Positions 9,882 through 20,438 of a stretch of DNA of 49,158 nucleotides are shown here, one piece after another. The notes under the pieces were generated by a model, which had not been told where the DNA came from, searched no databases, and saw nothing but the letters and a program-made list of their open reading frames with translations. How positions within the stretch are numbered: the first letter of the stretch is position 1; every line of letters begins with the position of its first letter. The position numbers and the translations under genes were made by a program. The stretch is from positions 1 through 49,158 of IMG/VR virus record IMGVR_UViG_3300020388_000003; one strand, given 5' to 3'. Source of the stretch: a virus. Taxonomy: Duplodnaviria > Caudoviricetes.

Positions 9882-12231
9882 TGAACACAATACCTTCGTA
9901 GGTGGCCTTGTAACAGAGGCTAGTCCTCTTGTATTCCCTGAGAATGCTGCTGTAGATATTAATAATTTTGTTCTTTCTAAGACAGGCCAAATTAGTCGTA
10001 GGCTTGGTATGAACTTTGAGGACAACCACACCTCGCAGTATTCTAAGTATGTAGAGAACGTTGGTAGTGAGCCAGCTATCTCTGCTTACACTTGGGAGAA
10101 TGCTGGTGGTGACGCTGAGGCACGTATCATTGTTGTGCAGATTGGTTATTCAATAAACTTCTACTTGGCTAATGGCTTTCCTCTTTCGGGAAACTTAGTT
10201 CATACGCACACATTAGATTCAGAATACCAAGGGGTGTATGCTGACTTTGCTACAGTGGATGGCTTGCTTGTAGCTGCTACAGGCTCCCCTGAGTTGTTGG
10301 TGTTTGAGTATGATGGTGAGTCAGTAACACAAAGTGAGTACAGGCTTAAGATTAGAGACGTGTTCGGTGTTGCTCACATACAGAATGACATCAACTACCG
10401 TGATTCATCCAACCTAAGTAAGCGTGTTAAAGGTAATATAAATCCAATTACAGAGCACAACTACAACCTACGTAATAGCGGTTGGGCTTCTTTAAGGTAT
10501 CCACGTAAGGATGAGTTTTTAGTTGACCCGTTAGTATTGTTTTATGAGGAGACAGGTGGAGAGGAGCTTGATGAGTTATTTAATGGTCAAGGGCACCTGC
10601 CCTCTTACTCAGACAGTTTACTGTTGGGCTTACTTCCTAATACAGAAGACGGCGACAATAAGACAATAGATAGGTTCATGCCTGATGTGCTGTTATCAAC
10701 CACTACTGGTAATTTCCCTGTACCAATGGGTTATTTTGTTATCGACCTATTAGACAGAGGGCAGGACAGGTATAACCAGTTGCAAGACCTTATGGCAACC
10801 TCTACGAAGTATCAAGGAGAGTTAGTTGCTGGTGACATACCAACTGACCGTACTGATAAGGGTGCCTCCACTGTAAGTGAGTTTGCTGGTAGGGTGTTCT
10901 ACTCAGGGTTTAACGGAGATGTTATAGGTGGGGATGAGTACTCTCCCCGTCTTTCTTCCTACGTATTGTTTAGCAAGCTTATAGACAGTAAGCCAGATTT
11001 AAGCATATGTCACCAAGTAGGAGACCCGACCTCAAGGGACAACTCTGAACTGTTAGACACTGATGGTGGCTTCTTACGTATTGATGGGGCTTACAACATT
11101 AAGCGTCTAGTTAATATAGGAAGCGCTTTAATAGTTGTTGCTGAGAACGGTGTGTGGGCTATCTTAGGTGGTAGTGACTACGGGTTCTCAGCCACAGAGT
11201 CTAAAGTTGTTAAGGTGAGTGATAAAGGTTGTTCAGCCCCACGTTCAGTTGTTGTTATTGACAATTCACTAATGTATTGGGGGTATGACGGGATACATCA
11301 CATTCAGTACAATGAGTATGGTGACTTAGGTTCTAACAACATAACTAATAATACAATACAAACCTTCTACGATGATATAAGCTCCCTTAACAAGGTTTTC
11401 TGTCAGGGATATTATGACTCTTATGAGCGTAAAGTAAGGTGGATATACGGCAACAGGGTGACTGGTGAAGACGACAGTATTGAACTTGTATTAGATGTTG
11501 CATTAGGTGCTTTCTATAAGCACACAATACCTGGCTCATCAACAGGACGACCTAATGTAATATGCCCGTTTGAGGTTCCTCCTTATAGGGCTGGCGAGGC
11601 TGTTGAAGGGGTTGTTGTTGACTTAGACGACGTTGTTTCGGATGAAGACAGTGTTGTTGTTACTGTCAGCGAACCTGTAAGTTCTACAAAAGAAACTTAC
11701 TACATAGCTGTAACAGGTTTTGTCTTAAGCTTTGAAGATAACAGAACCAATTCTAATGTTGAATACACCTTCTGTGCTTACAATGATGACAGCTTCCTTG
11801 ATTGGGGTGATATAGATGCAGAGGCTTATTTAATAACTGGATGGAACGGATATGGAGATTACCAAAGGAATAAGCAAGTTCCTTATGTAACATTCCACTT
11901 TATGCGTACAGAGGACGGGTTTGAGGAAGATGAATTAGGGGATTTATATCCAACACACCAATCCTCTTGTAAGGTGAGAGCTATGTGGGATTGGTCTAAC
12001 TCAATCAACTCTAACCGTTGGGGTAGGGAGTTTCAAGCATATCGCTATAAGCGTTTATATATGCCTGAGAATGCTAGTGACCCATACGACACAGGGTTTT
12101 TAACTATTACAACTAAGAACAAGTTACGTGGCAAAGGCCAAGTTCTGTCTCTTAACATTAGGACAGAGGAAGGCAAGGATTGTAAGCTGTTAGGCTGGTC
12201 AATGCTTGCAGGTATTGCTACAAACGTTTAA
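9859..12231 (+). CDS. Tail tubular protein B / nozzle (T7 gp12-like)
   Basis: 790 aa beta-propeller-like; N-terminal TFVGGLVTEAS, FAGRVFYSG. Confidence 0.75.
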   Translation: MARQNQTSEHNTFVGGLVTEASPLVFPENAAVDINNFVLSKTGQISRRLGMNFEDNHTSQYSKYVENVGSEPAISAYTWENAGGDAEARIIVVQIGYSINFYLANGFPLSGNLVHTHTLDSEYQGVYADFATVDGLLVAATGSPELLVFEYDGESVTQSEYRLKIRDVFGVAHIQNDINYRDSSNLSKRVKGNINPITEHNYNLRNSGWASLRYPRKDEFLVDPLVLFYEETGGEELDELFNGQGHLPSYSDSLLLGLLPNTEDGDNKTIDRFMPDVLLSTTTGNFPVPMGYFVIDLLDRGQDRYNQLQDLMATSTKYQGELVAGDIPTDRTDKGASTVSEFAGRVFYSGFNGDVIGGDEYSPRLSSYVLFSKLIDSKPDLSICHQVGDPTSRDNSELLDTDGGFLRIDGAYNIKRLVNIGSALIVVAENGVWAILGGSDYGFSATESKVVKVSDKGCSAPRSVVVIDNSLMYWGYDGIHHIQYNEYGDLGSNNITNNTIQTFYDDISSLNKVFCQGYYDSYERKVRWIYGNRVTGEDDSIELVLDVALGAFYKHTIPGSSTGRPNVICPFEVPPYRAGEAVEGVVVDLDDVVSDEDSVVVTVSEPVSSTKETYYIAVTGFVLSFEDNRTNSNVEYTFCAYNDDSFLDWGDIDAEAYLITGWNGYGDYQRNKQVPYVTFHFMRTEDGFEEDELGDLYPTHQSSCKVRAMWDWSNSINSNRWGREFQAYRYKRLYMPENASDPYDTGFLTITTKNKLRGKGQVLSLNIRTEEGKDCKLLGWSMLAGIATNV

Positions 12232-12240
12232 GGAGATTAT

Positions 12241-12693
12241 ATGTCTATTGCAGCAGCAGTGGCATTCGTAGCTGGTACAGCTATTAGTGTGGATGCTAAC
12301 AAAGCTTCCCAAAGGGCACAGAAAAGGGCGGCTGACACAACCAGTGCAGCACAACGGAACCAAGATGCTGCTGCCCTTAGGCAACAAGCTAGGGAGGCTC
12401 GTAGGGAAAGGGCACGTATACAACAAGTGTCTGAAAACCTAGGTACATCTGGTTCTTCTAAAGAGATTGGTGCAGTGGGTGCGATTGGTAATCAACTTGC
12501 TACAAGTTTTGCTAATGTGTCCGCACAGCAGATTACAGAAAGCGCTATATCTAAGGAAAATAGTAAGATGGCTGATGCCCAAATACAGGGTATGTATGGA
12601 CAGGCAATAGCTAGTACGGGCATGCAAGCCTTCTCCCAAACGGGTGGGTTTGATAAATTATTCAGCATGGGTGGCGGAAGCGGAGCAGCTTAA
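12241..12693 (+). CDS. Internal virion (ejection) protein
   Basis: Hydrophobic N-terminus, Ala/Gln-rich helical body, position after the nozzle gene. Confidence 0.65.
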   Translation: MSIAAAVAFVAGTAISVDANKASQRAQKRAADTTSAAQRNQDAAALRQQAREARRERARIQQVSENLGTSGSSKEIGAVGAIGNQLATSFANVSAQQITESAISKENSKMADAQIQGMYGQAIASTGMQAFSQTGGFDKLFSMGGGSGAA

Positions 12694-15600
12694 TGGAAGA
12701 GTTTGAACTAGAAACAAACACAGTGTATGCTGGCGAGAACATGTATGAAAATGTTGCTGGCTATGCTGATAAGAATCAGAAGAAAGCGTTGGTTACAGAT
12801 ATGTCAGCTACAGTCATCTCTCAAGGTGGTGATTTAGTTCAAGCTGTTGAAGATGTTTCAACCTTATCTGCTGAACAGATGAAAGATAATGCTGCTTTAA
12901 ATTACGTACAGAAAGAGAATGGACGTATTGAACAAGCAGTACAACAAGTGGCTATTGAAACACCTGAGCAATTACCTGTGGCGGTTAACAATGCTCGTAC
13001 ATCCTTCCAAGAGTTGGATGCTAAACGTAAGTCTAAAATCACCCCACATTTAAACTGGGTTGATAGTTTAGAAGGAAGTGAGAAGCTTACACAAGGCGAG
13101 CGTGAAAGTATTGCTGTTGATAGCGCGTTCTTACAAAGTATTATGGAAGGTGCTGATAAGCGTGCATGGTATGAGACAGGTTGGGATATTCTAGGAATGA
13201 TGGCTGTTCCTGATGAGTCTTGGAATGCCTCAGAGGTTGAACAACAACTCCTTGGCGATAGCACAGGCTTACAAGATTGGTTAGGCAGCTCTGATTCATT
13301 GAAGAATATATCACAATTCAGGGAGAGCCTTAGTTCTTCTGAGCGTGTTATGTTTGATGAACGCCTTAAGGAAGTTATTACAAACGTAGATGATAACCAA
13401 CTACAACAAATACAGTTAGCTTTAGGTGTTCTTGGTAGGGATGAAGATAGTCGTAACTTCCAGGCATTAGAGAAGCTAGAGGCTGCTGGCGTAGCATTTA
13501 ACTTAGGTCGTGGTCTCCTAAAAGGGCTGCGTACATTAAATGTATTAAACCGTACCGCTAAGTCTGGTGATGCTAGGACTGCTGGTAAGATAGCTGATGC
13601 TGTCTCAGAAGACCCTCAGGTAGCCAAGGAAGCTGGTGTTCCCCAGATTGATGCTGCTACAGTGGGTAATCCTGTAAAGCCCGAGGGAGTGTTCTCAGGA
13701 GCACCTGATGGGGTTCAGCTTAAGTATCGTCAGTACAAAGAGAACGTACAAGAAGCTTTAGACAGAGCTAACAATGTTCTTGGTTATGTTGTTGATGTTG
13801 ATACAAAGGACGCAGATGAAATTGTAGCTGCTATGAACCGTAACCTATCTAAGCGTGATGACATTGAAAACATTAAGACGTTTAGGTCTAAGGCTGGTGT
13901 TACATTTGAATACGATGTAGTTGATGGTGCTGGTGTTACATTAACACGTGAAACTAAGTTGTTTGAATTAGATGATTTGGGTGGATTTAAGCAGAAGGAA
14001 GCTGGGTTTGTAGCCAGCACCTTACGTGGGGTGACTAGCCCTAACACACTGGCAGGACAAGACAGAGATTGGCTTGTACAAGCTGCTGAGGCTACGCTGT
14101 ATGCCAAGGGTCGTATAGGAAAAGGTTTAGGTGATTCAATTGACGAAGCTCTTAAGCCAGTTAAAGGTAATGTTAAGAAGCTTACTAATGTGTCTGACAT
14201 GCTTGCACTGATGGATGGTAAGGAAGGTATTCCCTCTTATCAACGTCTAGTTGTTGAAGGTGTTGGTGGTAAGAAGCTAACAGAAGACGAGTTTATAGCT
14301 TTCACTGGTGTACGTAAGGTGTTGGATGATACGTTCTTCTTAAACAACGATGTATTACGCCGTGAGATGGAGCTTAAGGGAACTAAAGCTGTAGACGTAG
14401 AGGATGGTATTACTTCTTATGCAAAACCTGCTGGTGACGCTGACACGGCCTATAAGATGTTTGCTGCTGATGTAGACAACACTATTATTAAAGATGGTGA
14501 TGTAACACTTAAGGGCGCTGGTTTAGAAGACTTAAAGAACGCTTATAAGAATGGTAAGGTGTTGGTTAAGTCTGAGGCTACATCTCCTCAAGAGTGGTTT
14601 GATTCTGCTGATGGTTTGGTTAAGTATGCTTTAGTTGATAAACGTAACGTATCAGAGCTTCCTAACATTGTTCTTAACAGACAGCCTAACTACCTCCCTA
14701 AATTAAGGGAAGATGCTAACTGGTTTGTAAAAGGCCAGAAGCAGATTGTAGTTAATGGGGCTATGAAGAATGTTGAGACAACCCTAGCTTATGCAGCCAC
14801 TAAGACACAAGCTAATAAATACTTAGCTAAACTTGCAAGAGCTGCTGAGGAAGCTGGTGAAACGTTTGATGCTTCTAAGTTTGATATACGTTTTGATAGA
14901 GATATTAGTAAGGGTGTCGAGAACTCAGACGTTCTTACTATTCAAGGTGGTTTAATACGCGGTAAGCGTAAGTCTTCTGAGTTAGAGTGGGCTGGTGCTT
15001 TTGATGAGGGTGGTCGTACTGATGCACTTGATTCTATTCAACGTTATATGGGTGTTACTGCTGACAGAGCTGCCTTATCTGAATGGCGTATGGAAGCACG
15101 TACACGTATTATGAATGAAGCAGCTTCTAATGCAGAGATTGGTGATAAGGCTAAATCCTTAGGTTGGAAATCTTTACGTGGGGAGATTTCAGAAAGTGGT
15201 ATGGATATGCAACGTAGGGCCAAACTTCTTGCTGCTTATGACCAAGTGAATGAAATGTCTAATATACCTAGCTCATCTGACTCACGTTTTCAAGGTTGGG
15301 TTAGGGCTTTGGGAGAGAAGTTTGATGACAAAGGTTATGAAAAAACAGCTAAGTACATGTACCACATGCAAGATAAGTCTCTTGTAGACACCCTGAAAGG
15401 AACTACGTTTAACCTTACACTAGGTGCATTTGCTGTTGTACAAATACCTGTGCAATTGTTAGGTGCTACAGTAGCTATAAGCATTAACCCAGTGGCAGCC
15501 ACAAAAGCTAGCTCACGTTGGTTAACTGCCTCAACATTAGATTTTGTAACTAATGAGAAAACAGCTAAGGCATTCCTACGTAAGATGAGTGGTGACTTAG

Positions 15601-16985
15601 AGGTTGATGAAAAGAATCTCGCTGGTGATTACAACTTCTGGCGTAAGTCTGGTATGTACGAGAGTGTTGTAAGAGGCAGTGCTGATGCTTCAAGTATAAC
15701 TAACCGCCTCCCTTATGATGCTGGTGTACTAAGACGAGGATTCCAAAGAGCTGTTGATGCAGGTCAAACCCCATACAAGATGGGTGAGCTGTCTAATATG
15801 CGTATCTCATTCTTCACTGCTTTGGAAGAAGCTAAGGACTTGGCTGGTAAGTCGTTTAAGTATAATGACCAAACACTACAACAAGTAATAGCTAGGGCTG
15901 AGCAGTTTAGGCTTAACATGAGTGGTGCTAATAAGGCAGCCTTCCAGAAAGGTATATGGGCATTGCCAACACAGTTTAAACAAATCTATGGTAAGTACAT
16001 TGAAGCTATTGCCAAAGGAAGTCATTTCAGCCCTTGGGAGCGCTCTAAGCTTGCCTTAGGTCAGATAGCGCTATTCGGTGCTGCTGGTGTACCAATCCTT
16101 AATCACTTCTCTGATGAGATGTTTGGACTAATGGGTGTTGACAAGGCACAGCTAAGCTCTGAGGAACTGATTGCTGTTAAGCGTGGTGCTATTGGTTGGT
16201 TGTTTAATCATGAGATGGATATTGATGCGCTAATCTCTGGTCGTCTTACAGTTAGTGCTGACGTACTAGAGGATTTCCGTAGGGCGTTATTAGACACAAA
16301 CACACCAGCTATTAAGACGGCCTTTGGTGCTTCATTCACCTCTGGGGATAAGATAGTTGATTTGTTAACTAATACACACTTCTTTGGTAATCTTGTTATA
16401 GACGACTACCTTAATGACGAAGAACTAAGTCCAGCCCTTAAGAGCGCTGGTGAGGTGTTGGCAAGGAGTATCGCCAGTATTCCTTCTTCTTCTCGTAAGT
16501 GGTTAGCTGCTTGGGATTTATCTGAGGGTATGGTGAGAACTAGTGACGGCCAACCGTTGTACTCTGTACACCCAGAACTGGGGGATGTATATGCACGAGC
16601 TATTGGTTTTGGTAGCCAAGAGATGGACGACCTTTACACACTTAGGCAAACTGAGGTTAAGCGTAAGGAGAAGGTGACAGCTATTGCTGAACGTTACCTT
16701 GCTTTAATGTATGATATGCAGAACGCTATTACAAATCAAGACGAGGCTAGTGTTGAGGAACATCAGATAGCCGCCTCTTTTGTTAAGCGCCACATATACT
16801 CCTTGGGCAGACAAGATGCCAAAGCTGTTATGGACATTGTAATAGGCAGGTTGAACAAACCAAGAGACTTCAAAGAAGAAACTATTAGTAAGGCTATTAA
16901 TGGTTCTCTTAGTGAGTTTACTTCTAGTGCTAATAAGCTTAGTGTTATTAGACAGAAATATGTAGAGGATAAAGGAATTGAGTAA
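12693..16985 (+). CDS. Large internal virion (ejection) protein
   Basis: 1430 aa, helical, in the ejectosome position. Confidence 0.65.
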   Translation: MEEFELETNTVYAGENMYENVAGYADKNQKKALVTDMSATVISQGGDLVQAVEDVSTLSAEQMKDNAALNYVQKENGRIEQAVQQVAIETPEQLPVAVNNARTSFQELDAKRKSKITPHLNWVDSLEGSEKLTQGERESIAVDSAFLQSIMEGADKRAWYETGWDILGMMAVPDESWNASEVEQQLLGDSTGLQDWLGSSDSLKNISQFRESLSSSERVMFDERLKEVITNVDDNQLQQIQLALGVLGRDEDSRNFQALEKLEAAGVAFNLGRGLLKGLRTLNVLNRTAKSGDARTAGKIADAVSEDPQVAKEAGVPQIDAATVGNPVKPEGVFSGAPDGVQLKYRQYKENVQEALDRANNVLGYVVDVDTKDADEIVAAMNRNLSKRDDIENIKTFRSKAGVTFEYDVVDGAGVTLTRETKLFELDDLGGFKQKEAGFVASTLRGVTSPNTLAGQDRDWLVQAAEATLYAKGRIGKGLGDSIDEALKPVKGNVKKLTNVSDMLALMDGKEGIPSYQRLVVEGVGGKKLTEDEFIAFTGVRKVLDDTFFLNNDVLRREMELKGTKAVDVEDGITSYAKPAGDADTAYKMFAADVDNTIIKDGDVTLKGAGLEDLKNAYKNGKVLVKSEATSPQEWFDSADGLVKYALVDKRNVSELPNIVLNRQPNYLPKLREDANWFVKGQKQIVVNGAMKNVETTLAYAATKTQANKYLAKLARAAEEAGETFDASKFDIRFDRDISKGVENSDVLTIQGGLIRGKRKSSELEWAGAFDEGGRTDALDSIQRYMGVTADRAALSEWRMEARTRIMNEAASNAEIGDKAKSLGWKSLRGEISESGMDMQRRAKLLAAYDQVNEMSNIPSSSDSRFQGWVRALGEKFDDKGYEKTAKYMYHMQDKSLVDTLKGTTFNLTLGAFAVVQIPVQLLGATVAISINPVAATKASSRWLTASTLDFVTNEKTAKAFLRKMSGDLEVDEKNLAGDYNFWRKSGMYESVVRGSADASSITNRLPYDAGVLRRGFQRAVDAGQTPYKMGELSNMRISFFTALEEAKDLAGKSFKYNDQTLQQVIARAEQFRLNMSGANKAAFQKGIWALPTQFKQIYGKYIEAIAKGSHFSPWERSKLALGQIALFGAAGVPILNHFSDEMFGLMGVDKAQLSSEELIAVKRGAIGWLFNHEMDIDALISGRLTVSADVLEDFRRALLDTNTPAIKTAFGASFTSGDKIVDLLTNTHFFGNLVIDDYLNDEELSPALKSAGEVLARSIASIPSSSRKWLAAWDLSEGMVRTSDGQPLYSVHPELGDVYARAIGFGSQEMDDLYTLRQTEVKRKEKVTAIAERYLALMYDMQNAITNQDEASVEEHQIAASFVKRHIYSLGRQDAKAVMDIVIGRLNKPRDFKEETISKAINGSLSEFTSSANKLSVIRQKYVEDKGIE

Positions 16986-18861
16986 TTTATTTGACCCAGA
17001 GTTAGGTGTTGTTAATTCAGCAGTGACTCCTTCAAAACCTGTTGACAGAAGTGGTGATGTACAACTGTTCTCAGATGTTCTTAACGTAGCTACAGAAGCC
17101 TCCTTTGCTTATGCGGGAGGTAAGGAGCTTGACAACCTTAAGAAGAAGTTTGGTAATATAGTACAAGCAAGGAAGATAGGAAAAGAAAAAGCATCTGCTT
17201 TGCAATACAAGGCTAGGGCTGCTTTGGATGAGGCTAAGGCCAACTCCCCTTGGATTGCTAGCAAAGCTGATAGTTTATTCCAATCAACATTTGGTGTGGG
17301 TGGTGGCTCAGGTACGTTTGCTAAGACACCACAAGAGCAAGCAGAGGAAGCTTACCAGACAGAGGTGGCTGAGAAGTCTTTACGTCTTGGCGTTCCTCTT
17401 GAGGAAGCTGCTAAGCGTATTGCTATGGAAGAGAATGCAGCCAGTGCTAAGACCTTGGCTGACTCCCAGAAGAATGTACGTGAGTATAATGGTGAGCTGG
17501 TGTTTGCTAATACACAAGTGCAAATCAACAATAACACTGTGAAGCTTATGGACGCTGCTAAGAGGGCTATGACTAATGGTGGGGGCACACTATCTCTTGA
17601 TGACAAACGTTCGTTAGAGTTCACTATAGACTCTACAGTGGCACAATTGAAGAGTGAGTTGGCAGCTCAGGTTAGAGACCCTAACACAGGGCACCTGTTG
17701 ATTGGTAAGGCTGAGTATGATGAGTCTTTATCGGAGATAGAGGATTGGGCTAGTAACTCTAAACAGCTTGTTGGTGACTCTTCTTACTTAAAAGTAATAC
17801 AAGATGTTAACACAGCAAGTAAAGCTGAGGCTCAGGTTGTTGCTGCAAGAAACTACCCAACCATAACAGCACTTAACACTGCTGGTGGGCAAGCTCTTGT
17901 ACAGACATACTTACAAGCTTTAGATATGCCAGAAGGAGAGGCTAAGCAAGTTCTTATTAGTGGCAACCCTATTCTTAAACAAGCGTTTAAACAACAAGGA
18001 AGCTTTAAGCAAGCTGCTATGACAGGTGTTGATAAGTTGGTGGTTCCTAGTGATGACGCATTTAACATGACAGAGAATGAGGCTTATGCTACAGGGACAG
18101 TGTTGAATGACCCACGTAATGCTAAGCTTACTGAGGGTGTGTTGGACAGTGTGGTATCTAAGATGGGTAATGCCTTTGTGGCGTTCACTCAGATGTTCTC
18201 TAAGAACCCTGATGCGGCTAATATGGTTAAGACACCTAGCTATAAGGCGTGGGCACAAGCTAACAGTGCTAAGGCTGAAAGGGTTAATGAAGGGGTGATG
18301 GGGGGTCTTAAGAAAGGTTTCCTATCTACTTACGCTGGTGACACTGGTTCACTGCCTACAGACTTCACTATAGGTAATGCACCTAAGCCAACAAGTAAAC
18401 TGGCCAGCAGTAAGCAACGTGCCCCTAATCCAAATACGATTAGTGGAGAGGGCTTAACTAAAGAGTCTGCTACATTCCTACGTAATATGCTATCTGTCTA
18501 TACGTATAATACTAAGGAATTAGAGAAAGCACGTAAAGATAGTGGTGTTCCTGACTTAACCCCTCAGGAAGCTGTTCCTTATTTTGTATTAGATAAATTG
18601 CCCGACAGAATTTCTAACAATAATTCTGAGAAACCAGACCTACAAACCCCACAAACCTCTGCTCCTGTAGAGCAAGAGCCTGATGCACCTGCACCAGAGA
18701 AGAGTCCTATGCCTAAGTTTGTGGACAAGGCTGTTGAGCTTAATTGGACTGAGGACGATATTAGATTCTTTATAGGTGATATGGGACTGGCTGATAATAC
18801 ACAGACAGAAGAACTAACTAACAAGCTTATTAATGCTGTTAATCAGAAAAGAGGTGAATAA
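16978..18861 (+). CDS. Internal virion protein
   Basis: 627 aa, helical Ala-rich; TTG start overlapping the previous gene. Confidence 0.6.
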   Translation: MSNLFDPELGVVNSAVTPSKPVDRSGDVQLFSDVLNVATEASFAYAGGKELDNLKKKFGNIVQARKIGKEKASALQYKARAALDEAKANSPWIASKADSLFQSTFGVGGGSGTFAKTPQEQAEEAYQTEVAEKSLRLGVPLEEAAKRIAMEENAASAKTLADSQKNVREYNGELVFANTQVQINNNTVKLMDAAKRAMTNGGGTLSLDDKRSLEFTIDSTVAQLKSELAAQVRDPNTGHLLIGKAEYDESLSEIEDWASNSKQLVGDSSYLKVIQDVNTASKAEAQVVAARNYPTITALNTAGGQALVQTYLQALDMPEGEAKQVLISGNPILKQAFKQQGSFKQAAMTGVDKLVVPSDDAFNMTENEAYATGTVLNDPRNAKLTEGVLDSVVSKMGNAFVAFTQMFSKNPDAANMVKTPSYKAWAQANSAKAERVNEGVMGGLKKGFLSTYAGDTGSLPTDFTIGNAPKPTSKLASSKQRAPNPNTISGEGLTKESATFLRNMLSVYTYNTKELEKARKDSGVPDLTPQEAVPYFVLDKLPDRISNNNSEKPDLQTPQTSAPVEQEPDAPAPEKSPMPKFVDKAVELNWTEDDIRFFIGDMGLADNTQTEELTNKLINAVNQKRGE

Positions 18862-19232
18862 TGGGAGACTTAAGCGCTAACTTCTCACGTAAGGAGTTTG
18901 CTTGTAAGTGTGGCTGTGGGTTTGATGACGTAAGTCTTGAACTCGTAGCTTTGCTACAGAAACTAAGAGAGCACTATGACAAGCCTATTGTTATTAACTC
19001 CGCCTGTAGGTGTGAGGAACACAATGAAAGGGTAGGTGGTGCTGTTAAGAGAGAGGGCTCAACAGGCTCTAAGCATATGTATGGAATAGCTGCTGATATT
19101 GTTGTACGGGGTGTTAGTCCTAAGGAGGTGCATAAGCATTTGGTAGGTTTATATCCAGATAAGTATGGGGTGGGGCGTTATAATACGTTTACACACATTG
19201 ATGTTAGGCCAACACTAGCGAGGTGGGGTTGA
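18861..19232 (+). CDS. Endolysin, peptidase M15A family
   Basis: NFSRKEFACKCGC, INSACRC, SKHMYGIAAD and HIDVR zinc-peptidase motifs. Confidence 0.9.
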   Translation: MGDLSANFSRKEFACKCGCGFDDVSLELVALLQKLREHYDKPIVINSACRCEEHNERVGGAVKREGSTGSKHMYGIAADIVVRGVSPKEVHKHLVGLYPDKYGVGRYNTFTHIDVRPTLARWG

Positions 19233-19666
19233 TGTGGAGTGTTATAATTGGTAAGTTGTTTGGTATGGGCAGTGATTGGCTTGATGCTAAGAATAAACAA
19301 GCTGTTATGAAGGTGGAGGCTGATACTGAGGTTATTGTAGCTAAGGCCAAGAGTAAGGTGACTATAGCTGAGAAGGATGCTGAGGCTGCTAATGATATTG
19401 ACTTAATCACTGTTAAGAATAAGAACAATACATGGATGGATAATATCGTTGTGTGTACAATCCTAAGCCCCTTTTGGCTTTACCCAATACCCTTCATGCA
19501 GCCTTATGTAGAAAGCTGGTTAGCGTGGCTTACAGGGGCCCCTGAGTGGTACCAGTATGCCTTCTATGGGGTGATTGTGTCAGAGCTCGGACTAAGACGC
19601 ATCTTTATGAAACTATTTGAGACGCTATCAGTAATGAGAACAGGAAATAATAATGTCGATAAATGA
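19232..19666 (+). CDS. Holin-like membrane protein
   Basis: Two C-terminal hydrophobic helices and a PEWYQ motif; follows the endolysin. Confidence 0.6.
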   Translation: MWSVIIGKLFGMGSDWLDAKNKQAVMKVEADTEVIVAKAKSKVTIAEKDAEAANDIDLITVKNKNNTWMDNIVVCTILSPFWLYPIPFMQPYVESWLAWLTGAPEWYQYAFYGVIVSELGLRRIFMKLFETLSVMRTGNNNVDK

Positions 19667-20435
19667 TAGGGTGTTCACTAAGCTTGGTGAGCTTGGTTAT
19701 GTGGGGAGCTTACCTGACAGAATCCTCGGTAAGCTTAATGATGATTATGGAGCTAGTAATATTAACGAGGGGTTTTACAAGGCAGGGGGTTTAAAAAGGT
19801 TTGTTAGTGGGTTGTTGGATGTTAGCTATGTCGCCAGGCTTGATGGAGTTAGTCAGTATTGGCAGTTGAGCGACCCTATAGTGATACCATCAGGAAGTGA
19901 TTTCAAGGTTTCAGGTATAGGTGTTTTTTCACCTAGTGGATTTCATTTTGCGTCATCTAGGCTTTCAAATGATGGTAGACTAGCCGTGTTAGGCTCAACG
20001 CAAAATGTTTACTTTAACTCCACACTTGTGGATGGCATTACAAATGAGGATTTCGCAATTTTAACAGATGGTAACCCTCACCACATATCATTCGAAAGGG
20101 TCGGAACAAATGCAATTTTAAAGGTTGATGAAGTGACATTTATTAATGGCAGCTGGTCAACAGAGGAAGTGCTTTTAGATAGCTTGGGCTCTAAGTGGGG
20201 CAGTAGCACATCAATACCTAATTTTGAAGGTCCAATATACGACTTCAAGGTCGAGATAAATGGCGAGTTAACTAATGCAATCCCGCTAACAAACAGGGAG
20301 CAAGGTGCTACACAATCACCAACCATAGGTAGTGTATCAGCAACCATGTTTGGGTATAGCGAGGGTGTTTGGGAAATTAGGGAAGATGGAATTACTGGTC
20401 AATATGTTTGGCGTGAACAATTTACTTGGGGTTAA
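19653..20435 (+). CDS. Putative virion carbohydrate-binding (ConA/LamG-like) protein
   Basis: RLDGVSQYWQL, DGNPHHISFERVG and FEGPIYDFKV resemble LamG-like strands; short helical N-terminal anchor. Confidence 0.55.
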   Translation: MSINDRVFTKLGELGYVGSLPDRILGKLNDDYGASNINEGFYKAGGLKRFVSGLLDVSYVARLDGVSQYWQLSDPIVIPSGSDFKVSGIGVFSPSGFHFASSRLSNDGRLAVLGSTQNVYFNSTLVDGITNEDFAILTDGNPHHISFERVGTNAILKVDEVTFINGSWSTEEVLLDSLGSKWGSSTSIPNFEGPIYDFKVEINGELTNAIPLTNREQGATQSPTIGSVSATMFGYSEGVWEIREDGITGQYVWREQFTWG

Positions 20436-20438
20436 AAA

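Noticed and set aside
12693-16985. Virion RNA polymerase (N4- or crAss-like)
   Set aside because: No polymerase catalytic motifs were seen; size and position fit an ejection protein
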